In this document: in pieces, positions 1-10,044 of the stretch
Layout: each line of letters begins with the position of its first letter
Numbering within the stretch: position 1 is the first letter of the stretch
From: Bacteroidales bacterium
Lineage (GTDB): Bacteria > Bacteroidota > Bacteroidia > Bacteroidales > P3
Assembly (NCBI GenBank): GCA_036655775.1
Contig: JAVVPL010000001.1
Location: 30,939 to 94,938 of the forward strand
Length of the DNA stretch: 64,000 bases
Direction of reading: 5' to 3'
The notes under the pieces: model-generated
What the model saw: only the letters and a program-made list of their open reading frames with translations
Database searches by the model: none
What the model was told of the DNA's origin: nothing
Position numbers and translations under genes: made by a program

Positions 1-181
1 CGAAAAACTAATGGCCCCCAAAGACATTAAATCGAAAAAAACATATTTCTATTTTAGACATTTCGTTTTTCCACATATATTTTATAAAAATTATATTGTA
101 TGCAAAAGCACATTTTAAAAAAATGTTGTATCTTTGTTCATCATAATGGGGTATTCTTTGCTAGTAGGCTAAGCAAATACC

Positions 182-189
182 TAAATTTG
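182..189 (+). promoter_or_regulatory. -7 box TAAATTTG (TAnnTTTG) upstream of the ureohydrolase-fold gene
   Basis: Exact match to the Bacteroidota sigma-A -7 consensus. TTTG at 157-160 (spacer 21), ATG 32 nt downstream. A second box, TATCTTTG, lies at 129-136. Confidence 0.55.
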
Positions 190-221
190 CTACCTATTTT
201 CAAATAAAAATAAAATTCAAC

Positions 222-1403
222 ATGGAAAATTTTATAGATTTAAGTCTTTATTTTAATCCTTGCAATCAATTGAATGAGGATTTTTTTATAGATCAACGAG
301 TTCGTTGGGGGCGACAAATTGATGCTTTTGCCGACATTTCTTATTTTCCAGATTGGACCCATGCACACATTGCTCTTTTGGGCGTAAGTGAAAATCGAAA
401 TAGTACTTGTTCAATAAACTGTGAGGGAGCAGATATAGTACGAAAGCACTTATATAATTTATTTCCTGGTAAATTTAAGTCAAAAATTGTAGACTTAGGA
501 AATTTAAAAACGGGGAATACCCCTAATGACACTTATTTTATACTCAAAGAAGTGGTCTGTGCGTTGCTATCGAACCGTGTTATTCCTATTATTATTGGAG
601 GATCTCAAGATTTAACTTTTGCCAACTATCAAGCATACGAGCAAATAAAACAAATTATCAATATTGGAACCATTGATTCAACTTTAGATTTGGGCGATCC
701 AGATGCACCCATTTCTTCTACTTCTTACATGAGCAAAATCATTGTCAAAAACCCAAACTTTTTGTTCAATTATATCAATATGGGGTATCAAACCTATTTA
801 TCAGAACAAGAAGCCATTGAACTAATGAATAAATTATATTTTGAAGCCTATAGATACGGAACTTTACGCAACAATTTATTGGAAATCGAACCTCTGATGC
901 GTTGTTGTGATTGTTTGAGTGTAGATATGTCGGCAGTTCGCAAGAGCGACTCCCCTGGCAACAGCGCTGCTTATCCCACTGGCTTTTCGGCCGAAGATAT
1001 TTGCCAAATAATGCGTTTTGCGGGAATGAGTGATCAAATTAGTTCGTTAGGACTCTACGAATATCATCCAAGTTTAGATTCCAATGAACAAAGTGCCATG
1101 CTTTTGTCTGAAATGATTTGGTGTTTTGTAGATGGGTACGAACACCGCAAAAAAGAACATCCATATACCTCTTCGGAGAACTATAAACGCTATACAGTGA
1201 CCATTCGAGATAGCGAACATGATCTTATTTTTCTCAAAAGCAAAGAAAGCGATCGGTGGTGGATGGAACTTCCTTGCAGTGAAGAAATTCGTCAAAAATT
1301 TTCACGTCACTACTTAGTCCCTTGCTCATATAAGGATTACCAAGATGCGCTCAACAACGAAATACCCGACAAATGGTGGGGAGCCTACCGAAAGTTGATA
1401 TAA
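222..1403 (+). CDS. ureohydrolase (arginase/agmatinase/formimidoylglutamase) fold protein with degenerate metal-ligand motifs
   Basis: 393-aa ATG ORF with ureohydrolase-like blocks IIGGSQDLTF, IDSTLDLGD, LSVDMSAV..SPG and LYEYHP. A TAAATTTG box lies 32 nt upstream. Confidence 0.8.
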   Translation: MENFIDLSLYFNPCNQLNEDFFIDQRVRWGRQIDAFADISYFPDWTHAHIALLGVSENRNSTCSINCEGADIVRKHLYNLFPGKFKSKIVDLGNLKTGNTPNDTYFILKEVVCALLSNRVIPIIIGGSQDLTFANYQAYEQIKQIINIGTIDSTLDLGDPDAPISSTSYMSKIIVKNPNFLFNYINMGYQTYLSEQEAIELMNKLYFEAYRYGTLRNNLLEIEPLMRCCDCLSVDMSAVRKSDSPGNSAAYPTGFSAEDICQIMRFAGMSDQISSLGLYEYHPSLDSNEQSAMLLSEMIWCFVDGYEHRKKEHPYTSSENYKRYTVTIRDSEHDLIFLKSKESDRWWMELPCSEEIRQKFSRHYLVPCSYKDYQDALNNEIPDKWWGAYRKLI

Positions 1404-1461
1404 TTTCATTTCCAACTTTCTCATTTTTTTTGTACCTTTACCCTCTTAAATGTAAATGTAA

Positions 1462-4095
1462 ATGACATCCATAGAAATACGAAAAGCTTTTTTAGACTTT
1501 TTCAAAAGCAAGCAGCACCAAATTGTGGACTCTGCACCCATGATAGTAAAAAACGATCCCACGCTTATGTTTACCAACGCGGGAATGAACCAATTTAAAG
1601 ATATTTTTTTAGGGAATACCCCTGCGGAATACAAGCGAGTAGCCGATAGTCAGAAATGTCTACGCGTATCGGGAAAACATAATGACTTAGAAGAAGTAGG
1701 TCACGATACCTATCATCACACTATGTTTGAAATGTTAGGGAATTGGTCGTTTGGAGACTATTTTAAAAAAGAAGCCATTACATGGGCTTGGGAATTTCTG
1801 ACCCAGGTAATGAAAATTGACAAAAACAATTTATATGTTACCGTCTTTGGTGGAGATGCGGCCGACAAGACTGGCAAAGATATGGAGGCCTATAACTATT
1901 GGAAAGAATTTATAGCCGAAGATCGTATTTTATTTGGCAATAAAAAAGATAATTTTTGGGAGATGGGAGAAAGCGGTCCTTGTGGTCCTTGCTCCGAAAT
2001 CCATGTGGACATTCGATCGGATCAAGAAAAAGCCAAAAGTTCAGGCAAAGACTGGGTCAACAAAGATCATCCTCAAGTTATTGAAATTTGGAATCTGGTT
2101 TTTATGCAGTTCAATCGTATGGCCAATGGACAATTGGTTGAATTACCAAATAAACATGTAGATACAGGTATGGGTTTTGAACGTTTGTGTATGGTATTAC
2201 AAGGCAAACAATCCAATTACGATACCGATGTTTTTCAACCCCTTATTCAAGCTTTAGCTAAACTCTCCCATAGAGTTTATGGACAAGATCCTAAGGCCGA
2301 CATTGCGATGCGTGTGATTGCCGATCACTTACGTGCGGTGAGTTTTTCTATTGCGGATGGTCAACTTCCTTCCAACAATAAAGCAGGTTACGTAATTCGT
2401 CGTATTTTGCGTCGTGCCGTTCGTTATGGGTATACTTTTTTGGATTTAAAAGAAGCCTTTATGTATCGACTATTCCCCGTATTGGTAGAACAAATGGGGG
2501 AGCAATTTAAAGAATTACGTGCACAGCAAGAATTGATAGGTAAAGTTATAGAAGAGGAAGAAAATTCATTTTTACATACCCTTGAAAATGGGATCCGTTT
2601 ATTATCCAATCTGATGGACAAAGCCAAAGAACAAGGAAATACACAAATTGTAGGCAGTGATGTTTTCACCCTCTACGATACTTATGGATTTCCCTTTGAT
2701 TTAACCGATTTGATTCTTAGAGAACACGGAATGAATGCCGATATTTCTGGATTTGAAAAAGAAATGATTGCTCAAAAAGCACGTTCCCGCAACGCTGCCA
2801 CCATTTCTTCCGACGACTGGGTAATTTTACAAAAAGGAAATGAATCCCAATTTATAGGTTATGATGCTCTCGAGGCTGATGTTGAAATCCTTCGCTATCG
2901 CAAAGTAAATACAAAAGGCAAAATTTTATATCAATTAGTATTTAACCAAACTCCTTTTTATGCAGAATCGGGTGGACAATTAGGAGATAAAGGCTTTATC
3001 GTATCCGAAGAAGGCGAGAAATTTAGTATTTTAGATACTAAAAAAGAAAATAATTTAATTGTTCATTGGGTGTCCAATCTCCCCTCTGAACTTACAGGCA
3101 CTTTTAGAGCATTGGTGAATATTGATATGCGTTCTCAATTAGAAAGCAACCACACAGCCACTCACCTTTTACATCACGCTCTTCGCGCTATTTTAGGTCC
3201 ACACGTAGAACAAAAAGGCTCTTTAGTAAATGAATTTTCACTTCGTTTTGATTTTTCTCACTTTCAAAAAGTCAGTGATGAACAAATTCGCGAAATTGAA
3301 TTATTGGTCAACCAATATATCCGACGCAATATTCCGCTACAAGAATTTAGAAATTTACCCATTGATCAAGCAAGAAACATGGGAGCCACAGCTCTTTTTA
3401 GCGAAAAATATGGGGATCATGTCCGCGTTATTAAATTTTCCAATTCCGTAGAATTTTGTGGAGGAACTCACGCCAGTGCCACAGGTAATTTAGGCGTATT
3501 CAAAATTATAAACGAAAGTGCAGTTGCGGCAGGTATTCGACGTATTGAAGCCGTATCGGGAGTGGGCGCAGAAGCCTATTTAACCAATGCTGTGGATACG
3601 CTCAAAGAAATTCGAGATATTCTCAAAACAGGTCCCAACATTTTGCAAGGTATCAAAAAAATGGTTGGCGATTATGGAAATTTGAAAAAAGAAATTGATC
3701 AACATATCAAAGAAAGAGTAGAACAATTACAAGAATCTCTACGCAAAGAAAAAACCACACGCAACGGAATTCCAATCATTCATGTTTACAAAGGCTATCC
3801 TCAAGAAATCGTCAAAAATCTTGCTTTTGCTTTCCGAAAAGAAATGCCCGATGGAATTTTCTTTGTGGCAGGCGTTGTGGGAGAAAAGGCTTCTATCAAT
3901 TTAATGCTAGGAGATGAATTAGTCAAAAAAGGCTTTAATGCATCAACCATTATTAAAGAAGCTGCCAAAATCATTGAAGGAAGCGGAGGAGGACAAGCTT
4001 TTTATGCTAGTTGTTCAGGCTCCGATTTACAAAAAATAAAAAATGCCGTCCAATATATTTATGAGCAATTAAATATTGCGGATGTAAACGAATAA
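1462..4095 (+). CDS. alaS: alanine--tRNA ligase
   Basis: 877 aa. N-terminal FLDFFKSKQHQIV..FTNAGMNQFKD, class II core, editing-domain HTATHLLH..CGGTH motif and a C-terminal DHHA1-like region. Confidence 0.97.
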   Translation: MTSIEIRKAFLDFFKSKQHQIVDSAPMIVKNDPTLMFTNAGMNQFKDIFLGNTPAEYKRVADSQKCLRVSGKHNDLEEVGHDTYHHTMFEMLGNWSFGDYFKKEAITWAWEFLTQVMKIDKNNLYVTVFGGDAADKTGKDMEAYNYWKEFIAEDRILFGNKKDNFWEMGESGPCGPCSEIHVDIRSDQEKAKSSGKDWVNKDHPQVIEIWNLVFMQFNRMANGQLVELPNKHVDTGMGFERLCMVLQGKQSNYDTDVFQPLIQALAKLSHRVYGQDPKADIAMRVIADHLRAVSFSIADGQLPSNNKAGYVIRRILRRAVRYGYTFLDLKEAFMYRLFPVLVEQMGEQFKELRAQQELIGKVIEEEENSFLHTLENGIRLLSNLMDKAKEQGNTQIVGSDVFTLYDTYGFPFDLTDLILREHGMNADISGFEKEMIAQKARSRNAATISSDDWVILQKGNESQFIGYDALEADVEILRYRKVNTKGKILYQLVFNQTPFYAESGGQLGDKGFIVSEEGEKFSILDTKKENNLIVHWVSNLPSELTGTFRALVNIDMRSQLESNHTATHLLHHALRAILGPHVEQKGSLVNEFSLRFDFSHFQKVSDEQIREIELLVNQYIRRNIPLQEFRNLPIDQARNMGATALFSEKYGDHVRVIKFSNSVEFCGGTHASATGNLGVFKIINESAVAAGIRRIEAVSGVGAEAYLTNAVDTLKEIRDILKTGPNILQGIKKMVGDYGNLKKEIDQHIKERVEQLQESLRKEKTTRNGIPIIHVYKGYPQEIVKNLAFAFRKEMPDGIFFVAGVVGEKASINLMLGDELVKKGFNASTIIKEAAKIIEGSGGGQAFYASCSGSDLQKIKNAVQYIYEQLNIADVNE

Positions 4096-4096
4096 A

Positions 4097-5065
4097 ATGT
4101 CACCTAAAAAGCACAAATATTTTTTCGATGTAAACTCTCTTTCTGTCAAAAAAGTGAAAGTTAGTTTTAAACAACGCTTTTTGCGCTTTTTAGGGTATGT
4201 ATCTGTGGCCGTAGTGTTTTTTTTTATTGCCATGAGTATCACCTTTCGTTTTTTTGATTCTCCTACAGAAAAAAAACTTAGACGAGATTTAGAAAAATCT
4301 GAAAGACAATATAAAAATTTATCCAAACGTGTGGATAAATTAAATACAGTTTTAGAAGATATACAAGTTAGAGATGAAAATTTGTATCGTATGATTTTTG
4401 AAGCCGAACCTGCCAAACGAACCGAAACTGTGTATGGAAATTACACTGAATTTGCCGATGTATCTTCCGCTGAATTAATAATTCAAACCTCTAGCAAAAT
4501 CGATGAATTAGCTACAGCTTTATATATTCAATCTAAGTCTTTTGACAAAATATATACCTTAGCAAAAACCAAAAATGAGATGCTAATTTGCATGCCTGCT
4601 ATTTTACCCGTCAATAAGAATGAAACCTCCCTATCTTCTGGTTTTGGATATAGATATCATCCTATTTTTAGAGATTTACGTATGCACACAGGCATTGATT
4701 TTGCAGGCCCCAAAGGCACCCCCGTGTACGCAACAGGCAACGGAGTGGTTAAGATGGCTGGGAGTAATTACAGTAGCATGCGTGGCTACGGTACAGTTTG
4801 CGAAATCGACCATGGATTTGGGTATCAAACCCTATATGCCCATCTAAGCAAAGTCAATGTACGAGAAGGTCAAAAAATAAAAAGAGGCGATATCATCGGT
4901 TATATCGGTTCCACAGGAAATTCAACAAGTTCTCATTTACACTATGAAGTGTTTTTAAATGGAAAATTCGTAGACCCTGTGTATTACTTCTTTAACGATC
5001 TTTCGCCAGAAGAATATGAAAAAATACTTGAAAAATCAAAAGAAATTAATCAAAGCTTATCTTAA
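4097..5065 (+). CDS. M23 (LytM) family metallopeptidase, membrane-anchored
   Basis: 322 aa with an N-terminal TM helix, a coiled-coil region, and HTGIDFAGPKGTPVYA plus GSTGNSTSSHLHYEV motifs. The start is 1 nt after the alaS stop. Confidence 0.9.
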   Translation: MSPKKHKYFFDVNSLSVKKVKVSFKQRFLRFLGYVSVAVVFFFIAMSITFRFFDSPTEKKLRRDLEKSERQYKNLSKRVDKLNTVLEDIQVRDENLYRMIFEAEPAKRTETVYGNYTEFADVSSAELIIQTSSKIDELATALYIQSKSFDKIYTLAKTKNEMLICMPAILPVNKNETSLSSGFGYRYHPIFRDLRMHTGIDFAGPKGTPVYATGNGVVKMAGSNYSSMRGYGTVCEIDHGFGYQTLYAHLSKVNVREGQKIKRGDIIGYIGSTGNSTSSHLHYEVFLNGKFVDPVYYFFNDLSPEEYEKILEKSKEINQSLS

Positions 5066-5076
5066 ATTTATTTACT

Positions 5077-5394
5077 ATGGACAAACTTTATTACAGTATA
5101 GGGGAGGTTGCAAAAACCTTTAATGTAAACACCTCATTGATTCGTTTTTGGGAAAAAGAATTTGATGTAATCCAACCTCAACGCAACAAGAAAGGCAATC
5201 GTCTTTTTACACATCGAGACATGGATTATTTCCATCAAATTTTTCACTTAGTCAAAGAAAAAGGCTACACATTACAAGGAGCCAAAGATAAACTCAAAGA
5301 AAAAACCATCACTGATAACGATCCTCAAATAGCGATTTTAAAAACGTTGAAAAGTTTGCGAACTTTTTTATTGGAACTCAAAGAATCCATATAA
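5077..5394 (+). CDS. MerR family transcriptional regulator
   Basis: 105 aa with an N-terminal MerR-type HTH (YSIGEVAKTFNVNTSLIRFWEKEF). Confidence 0.85.
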   Translation: MDKLYYSIGEVAKTFNVNTSLIRFWEKEFDVIQPQRNKKGNRLFTHRDMDYFHQIFHLVKEKGYTLQGAKDKLKEKTITDNDPQIAILKTLKSLRTFLLELKESI

Positions 5395-6530
5395 TGCGTA
5401 TTGCGGTAAACACTCGACTTTTATTACCTCATACCTTAGAAGGCATTGGTTGGTTTTCGTATGAAACGCTCAAACGCATTACCCTTCAACACCCCGAACA
5501 TGAATTTTTGTTTATTTTTGATAGACCCTTTAGTGAAGAGTTTGTTTTTTCTAGCAATATCACGCCTTTGGTAGCTCATCCACCTTCTCGACATCCGTTA
5601 TTATGGTATCTGTTTTTTGAATGGAGTATACCCTATATGCTAAATAAACACAAAGCCGATTTGTTTTTTTCACCTGATGGATGGCTCTCTTTACGTACCG
5701 ATTTACCTCAACTAAACGTAATCCACGATTTAGGGTTTGAACATTTCCCAGAACATTTAAAATTTAGTTATTCTCTATATTGTCGACATTATTTTCCACT
5801 TTTTGCTCAAAAAGCAAAACGAATAGCCACCGTATCTGAATTTTCAAAACAAGATATAGCCAATTTATACCACATTCCTACTCAAAAAATTGATGTTGTA
5901 TACAATGGAGCCAATCAAGTGTACAAACCAATAGATGAGGAACACAAACAAATTACTCGTCAAAAATACGCACAAAATTGTGATTATTTTATATTTATTG
6001 GGGCCATGCACCAACGAAAAAATTTAGCGAATTTATTTAGCGCTTTTGATATTTTCAAAAAACAACATCCAAGTCAATGTAAACTCCTAATGATAGGAAG
6101 CACTAAATTATGGAATACTGAAATTGAACAAGCCTACCATACAATGGAACACAAAGCAGAAGTTTTATTTTTGGGCAGACTTGAACCCGAAGAACTCGCT
6201 TGTGTATTGAGTGCCTCCATTGCTTTATGCTACCCCTCTTTTTTTGAAGGTTTTGGGATTCCTATTATTGAAGCCTATCATGCTGAAACCGCTGTAATTA
6301 CCGCAAACACAAGTGCCATGCCCGAAATAGCAGGCGATGCCGCCCTATTGATAGATCCATACTCCATAGAAAGCATTGCAAATGCAATGCAAGCCCTTGC
6401 CTCCGATTCAACTCTTCGTAAACAATATATCGACAAAGGGCGTAATCAAAGAAAAAAATTTAGTTGGGACCAAAGTGCCGAAAAACTTTGGCACAGCATT
6501 GAAACTACAATCGAGTCATCAATTGTTTAA
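5394..6530 (+). CDS. glycosyltransferase family 1 (GT4-type)
   Basis: 378 aa with the C-terminal GT1 signature PSFFEGFGIPIIEA. TAATG stop/start overlap with the merR-like gene. Confidence 0.85.
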   Translation: MRIAVNTRLLLPHTLEGIGWFSYETLKRITLQHPEHEFLFIFDRPFSEEFVFSSNITPLVAHPPSRHPLLWYLFFEWSIPYMLNKHKADLFFSPDGWLSLRTDLPQLNVIHDLGFEHFPEHLKFSYSLYCRHYFPLFAQKAKRIATVSEFSKQDIANLYHIPTQKIDVVYNGANQVYKPIDEEHKQITRQKYAQNCDYFIFIGAMHQRKNLANLFSAFDIFKKQHPSQCKLLMIGSTKLWNTEIEQAYHTMEHKAEVLFLGRLEPEELACVLSASIALCYPSFFEGFGIPIIEAYHAETAVITANTSAMPEIAGDAALLIDPYSIESIANAMQALASDSTLRKQYIDKGRNQRKKFSWDQSAEKLWHSIETTIESSIV

Positions 6531-7635
6531 GCATTTTATTTTTCCAACTAACAAAGTCTCCAGCCACTATATGTTGACGAGCCTCTGTAACTAGCCATAA
6601 ATAAAATGCAAGATTGTGTAAACTCGCAATCATGGGCGCTAAAATTTCTTTGGACTGAAACAAATGTCGCAAATACGCTTTTGAATATTGCACATCTACA
6701 AAACTAGCTCCATTCAATTCAATAGGAGAAAAATCGGTTTTCCATTTTTCATTTTTCATATTCATAATGCCCTCTTTGGTAAACAACATTCCATTTCGAC
6801 CATTTCGTGTAGGCATCACACAATCAAACATATCAATACCCATTGCAATCCCTTCCAAAATATTGGCAGGCGTACCCACTCCCATCAAATAACGAGGTTT
6901 ATCTTTAGGTAAAATTCCACAAACTATTTCAGTCATTTCATACATCAAATCGGTAGGTTCACCCACCGAAACACCTCCTATGGCATTTCCTTCACATGCT
7001 AACGAAGCTATTTTTTCGGCCGATTGTCGACGCAAATCCTTATACACACTTCCCTGAACAATAGGGAATAAAGATTGATGATAGCCATATAAGGGTTCCG
7101 TAGTACTAAAGCGTTCTATACATCGATCCAACCAACGATGAGTCATCAACATTGATTTATGAGCATACTCATACTCACAAGGATATGGGGCACATTCATC
7201 AAAAGCCATGATAAAATCCCCTCCTATAATACGTTGAATATCCATCACCTTTTCGGGAGTAAACAAATGTTTAGAACCATCAATATGTGAACTAAATGTA
7301 ACTCCTTCTTCTTTCATTTTACGTGTTCCAGACAAAGAATAGACTTGAAATCCTCCACTATCGGTCAATATAGGTCGATCCCAACCATTAAATTTATGCA
7401 AGCCTCCCGCTTGAAATAAAACATCTAAACCTGGACGTAAGTATAAATGATAGGTGTTTCCTAATATGATTTGAGCTTTCACATCATCTTTTAAATCTCG
7501 CAAATGCAATGCTTTAACCGAGCCCACCGTTCCCACTGGCATAAATATAGGCGTTAAAATAGAGCCATGGTCAGTTTGTATTTCTCCAGCTCGTGCATTT
7601 GAATAAGGATCTGCGGTATTAATTGTAAATTGCAT
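6505..7635 (-). CDS. tgt: tRNA-guanine transglycosylase (queuine tRNA-ribosyltransferase)
   Basis: 376 aa with TPIFMPVGT, LTDSGGFQV, GGVSVGE and CVMPTRNGRNG motifs. Confidence 0.95.
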   Translation of the reverse strand: MQFTINTADPYSNARAGEIQTDHGSILTPIFMPVGTVGSVKALHLRDLKDDVKAQIILGNTYHLYLRPGLDVLFQAGGLHKFNGWDRPILTDSGGFQVYSLSGTRKMKEEGVTFSSHIDGSKHLFTPEKVMDIQRIIGGDFIMAFDECAPYPCEYEYAHKSMLMTHRWLDRCIERFSTTEPLYGYHQSLFPIVQGSVYKDLRRQSAEKIASLACEGNAIGGVSVGEPTDLMYEMTEIVCGILPKDKPRYLMGVGTPANILEGIAMGIDMFDCVMPTRNGRNGMLFTKEGIMNMKNEKWKTDFSPIELNGASFVDVQYSKAYLRHLFQSKEILAPMIASLHNLAFYLWLVTEARQHIVAGDFVSWKNKMLKQLMTRL

Positions 7636-7667
7636 GTATTCTTTTTAGTATATATTAAAACTACCCA

Positions 7668-7675
7668 CAAAAGTA
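7668..7675 (-). promoter_or_regulatory. -7 box TACTTTTG upstream of tgt
   Basis: Exact TAnnTTTG on the minus strand, 32 nt before the tgt ATG. A second copy lies at 7694-7701. Confidence 0.55.
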
Positions 7676-7723
7676 TGTTCATAAAAAATCGTACAAAAGT
7701 AAGATATATTCATGAACTCTCCA

Positions 7724-7731
7724 TACTTTTG
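7724..7731 (+). promoter_or_regulatory. -7 box TACTTTTG upstream of the GT2 gene
   Basis: Exact TAnnTTTG, 28 nt before ATG 7760. Divergent with the tgt promoter. Confidence 0.5.
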
Positions 7732-7759
7732 TAATAATAAATTTATACTAATTTTATTT

Positions 7760-8935
7760 ATGGACGAGTTTTTAGCTATTTTCACTCCCTTAGAATGGAT
7801 CCTAGTTTTAGGTCTTTTAATATCAAGTATTGCCTTGATTCATTTTTACTTAAAATATTATGCACCTCTAGCTCGTACAAAAACAAATTGCAATGTCAAT
7901 ACCGAGGATAATCGGCCTATTTCCGTAGTTATTTCGGGTAAAAATGAATATGAAAATTTAAAAGAAAACCTTCCTTTTTGGCTCAGTCAAAAGTATCCTC
8001 AATTTGAAATTGTAGTGGTTTATGACACTACGGATGATAATCTTTTATATCTATTGCGCGATTTTCAACAACACTATCCACAACTTAAATTAATTAATTT
8101 TACACAGAACGTCAATTTTTTTGACGAACAACGTTTCTCTATTTCCATTGGTATTAAATCGGCCGAATACGACTATGTTCTTATTAGTACAGCCGATTGT
8201 CGTCCCACCAACGAACATTATCTAGAGAGTATACAATCGGGGCTTTCTGATTCATGTGATGTACTCCTTAGCTACACCTCGTACACCCGCAAAAACAATC
8301 TTTTAAATAGCTTTATCCGTTTTCATTTATTTCAAAATAATTTACAAATATTATCTTTTGCGCTTAAAGGTAAAGTCTATGCCGCCTCTCATCAAAACAT
8401 GATCTATCGAAAAGATTTCTTTCTTCAACATCAAGGATATACTTCTTTTTACGCTTTAAAAACAGGTGTGTATGATTTATTGACACCCTCTATTTTTACA
8501 CCAAAAAATGTAAAAGTGCAATTAAAATCTGAAGCCTTTACCAAAAATTCCGATAAAACATTTACACATCATTGGATCAAAAAAGAAATGCAATACTTTA
8601 CAATTTTGCGCAATGCACCTAAAAAAATTGCATTTTCTCTTGCTTCTTATCGTGGATTTACTTTTTTGTTTTTTGTTTTCTTATTTTTGGGTATAGGAAG
8701 CTTACTTTTAAATACCCAAGCCATTTCTGAATATAAATTAATTGGACTTTATGCTTGTTTACTACTTATTTTAATCAAATTAGGCATTCAATACTATGTA
8801 ATAAAAAGGTGTATGAACAAACTTCATGAGAAGCATTTTTTGCTCTTTATTCCATTATTTGAAGTTTTATACCTACCTTTGCAGTCTATTTTATTCTTCA
8901 TTCGCATGAGGCCTCAAATAAAAAAATGGAATTAA
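7760..8935 (+). CDS. membrane glycosyltransferase family 2
   Basis: The ORF is open from 7712, but a TACTTTTG -7 box at 7724-7731 lies inside that extension. ATG 7760 (MDEFLAIF.., TM helix) is therefore the likelier start. GT2 region ISVVISGKNE..; C-terminal TM helices. Confidence 0.75.
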   Translation: MDEFLAIFTPLEWILVLGLLISSIALIHFYLKYYAPLARTKTNCNVNTEDNRPISVVISGKNEYENLKENLPFWLSQKYPQFEIVVVYDTTDDNLLYLLRDFQQHYPQLKLINFTQNVNFFDEQRFSISIGIKSAEYDYVLISTADCRPTNEHYLESIQSGLSDSCDVLLSYTSYTRKNNLLNSFIRFHLFQNNLQILSFALKGKVYAASHQNMIYRKDFFLQHQGYTSFYALKTGVYDLLTPSIFTPKNVKVQLKSEAFTKNSDKTFTHHWIKKEMQYFTILRNAPKKIAFSLASYRGFTFLFFVFLFLGIGSLLLNTQAISEYKLIGLYACLLLILIKLGIQYYVIKRCMNKLHEKHFLLFIPLFEVLYLPLQSILFFIRMRPQIKKWN

Positions 8936-8956
8936 ATTTTAACAATATATTAAAAA

Positions 8957-10036
8957 ATGCTACGTAAATTAGATGCTTATATAATACGTAAGTTTTTAGG
9001 AACTTTTTTTGCTTCTATCGCCTTAATTATCATCATTGTGGTGGTATTTGACGTATCTGAAAAAATAGGTGATTTTATTGATAAAAAAGTACCCTTAAGT
9101 GCTATTATTTTTGACTACTATCTAAATTTTATTCCCTATTTTGTGAATATGTTTAGTGCTCTTTTTATTTTTATTTCTGTTATATTTTTCACTTCGCGTA
9201 TGGCAGCAAATACCGAAATTGTATCCATCTTAAGTTCTGGAATCAGCTTTTATCGACTAATGCTTCCTTATATTGGCTGCGCCTTACTTATAGGCGTTCT
9301 CAATTTATATTTAGCCAATTATTTAATCCCAACCGTCAATAAACATAGGCTTGATTTTGAAACTAAATATATTCGTCGACAATATGTAAATCAAAATTTG
9401 AATATTCATCTACGTTACGACAAAAATTCATATTTTTATGTAGAGAGTTTTGACAATACTACCAATTTGGGCTATCGGTTTACTTACGAAAATATCAATG
9501 AAGAGGGATTAACCGAAAAATTATGTTCGGAATCTATTCGTTACGACTCGGTCAAACAAGAATGGATTTTACGAGATTATTTTAAACGTACACTTCAAGA
9601 AGAGGGAGAAGCCGTAGAAAAAGGCAGTACAATGCAACTCAAATTGCCTATTACACCCCTAGATTTTGCTAGAGATCGAAGCAATGTAGAGGAAATGACT
9701 TATCCAGAACTCAAAAAATTTATTGAAACCGAAAAACAAAGAGGTTCTACCCTAGTCAATTTTTACGAATACGAAAATTCTCAACGAATGACCGCTCCTT
9801 TTGCCGCAGTGATACTTACGCTAATTGGCTTTGCTCTGTCTTCTCGCAAAAGACGAGGAGGAATTGGTCTTCATTTAGCCGTAGGAATTTCTTTAGCATT
9901 TATTTTTATCTTATTTATGCAAATATCTAAAGTGTTTGCAACTTTTGGAAATTTCCCCATTTGGCTTGCCGCTTGGGTTCCCATCATTTTCTTTAGCTTT
10001 ATTGCCATTTACTTAATTCGGACGGCCCCTAAATAA
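8957..10036 (+). CDS. LptF/LptG family permease (YjgP/YjgQ)
   Basis: 359 aa. N-terminal LDAYIIRKFLGTFF signature, 6 predicted TM helices and a central periplasmic domain. Confidence 0.85.
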   Translation: MLRKLDAYIIRKFLGTFFASIALIIIIVVVFDVSEKIGDFIDKKVPLSAIIFDYYLNFIPYFVNMFSALFIFISVIFFTSRMAANTEIVSILSSGISFYRLMLPYIGCALLIGVLNLYLANYLIPTVNKHRLDFETKYIRRQYVNQNLNIHLRYDKNSYFYVESFDNTTNLGYRFTYENINEEGLTEKLCSESIRYDSVKQEWILRDYFKRTLQEEGEAVEKGSTMQLKLPITPLDFARDRSNVEEMTYPELKKFIETEKQRGSTLVNFYEYENSQRMTAPFAAVILTLIGFALSSRKRRGGIGLHLAVGISLAFIFILFMQISKVFATFGNFPIWLAAWVPIIFFSFIAIYLIRTAPK

Positions 10037-10044
10037 AATAAACT

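Noticed and set aside
1-27. Possible 5' end of a leftward gene (minus-strand ATG at 27-25, open for 9 codons to the window edge)
   Set aside because: Only nine codons are visible and there is no exact promoter box upstream, so the call cannot be supported from this window.
7712-7759. 16-codon N-terminal extension of the GT2 ORF (MNSPYFCNNKF..)
   Set aside because: A TACTTTTG box at 7724-7731 lies inside it, and the downstream ATG 7760 begins directly with a TM helix. I kept it only as an alternative start.
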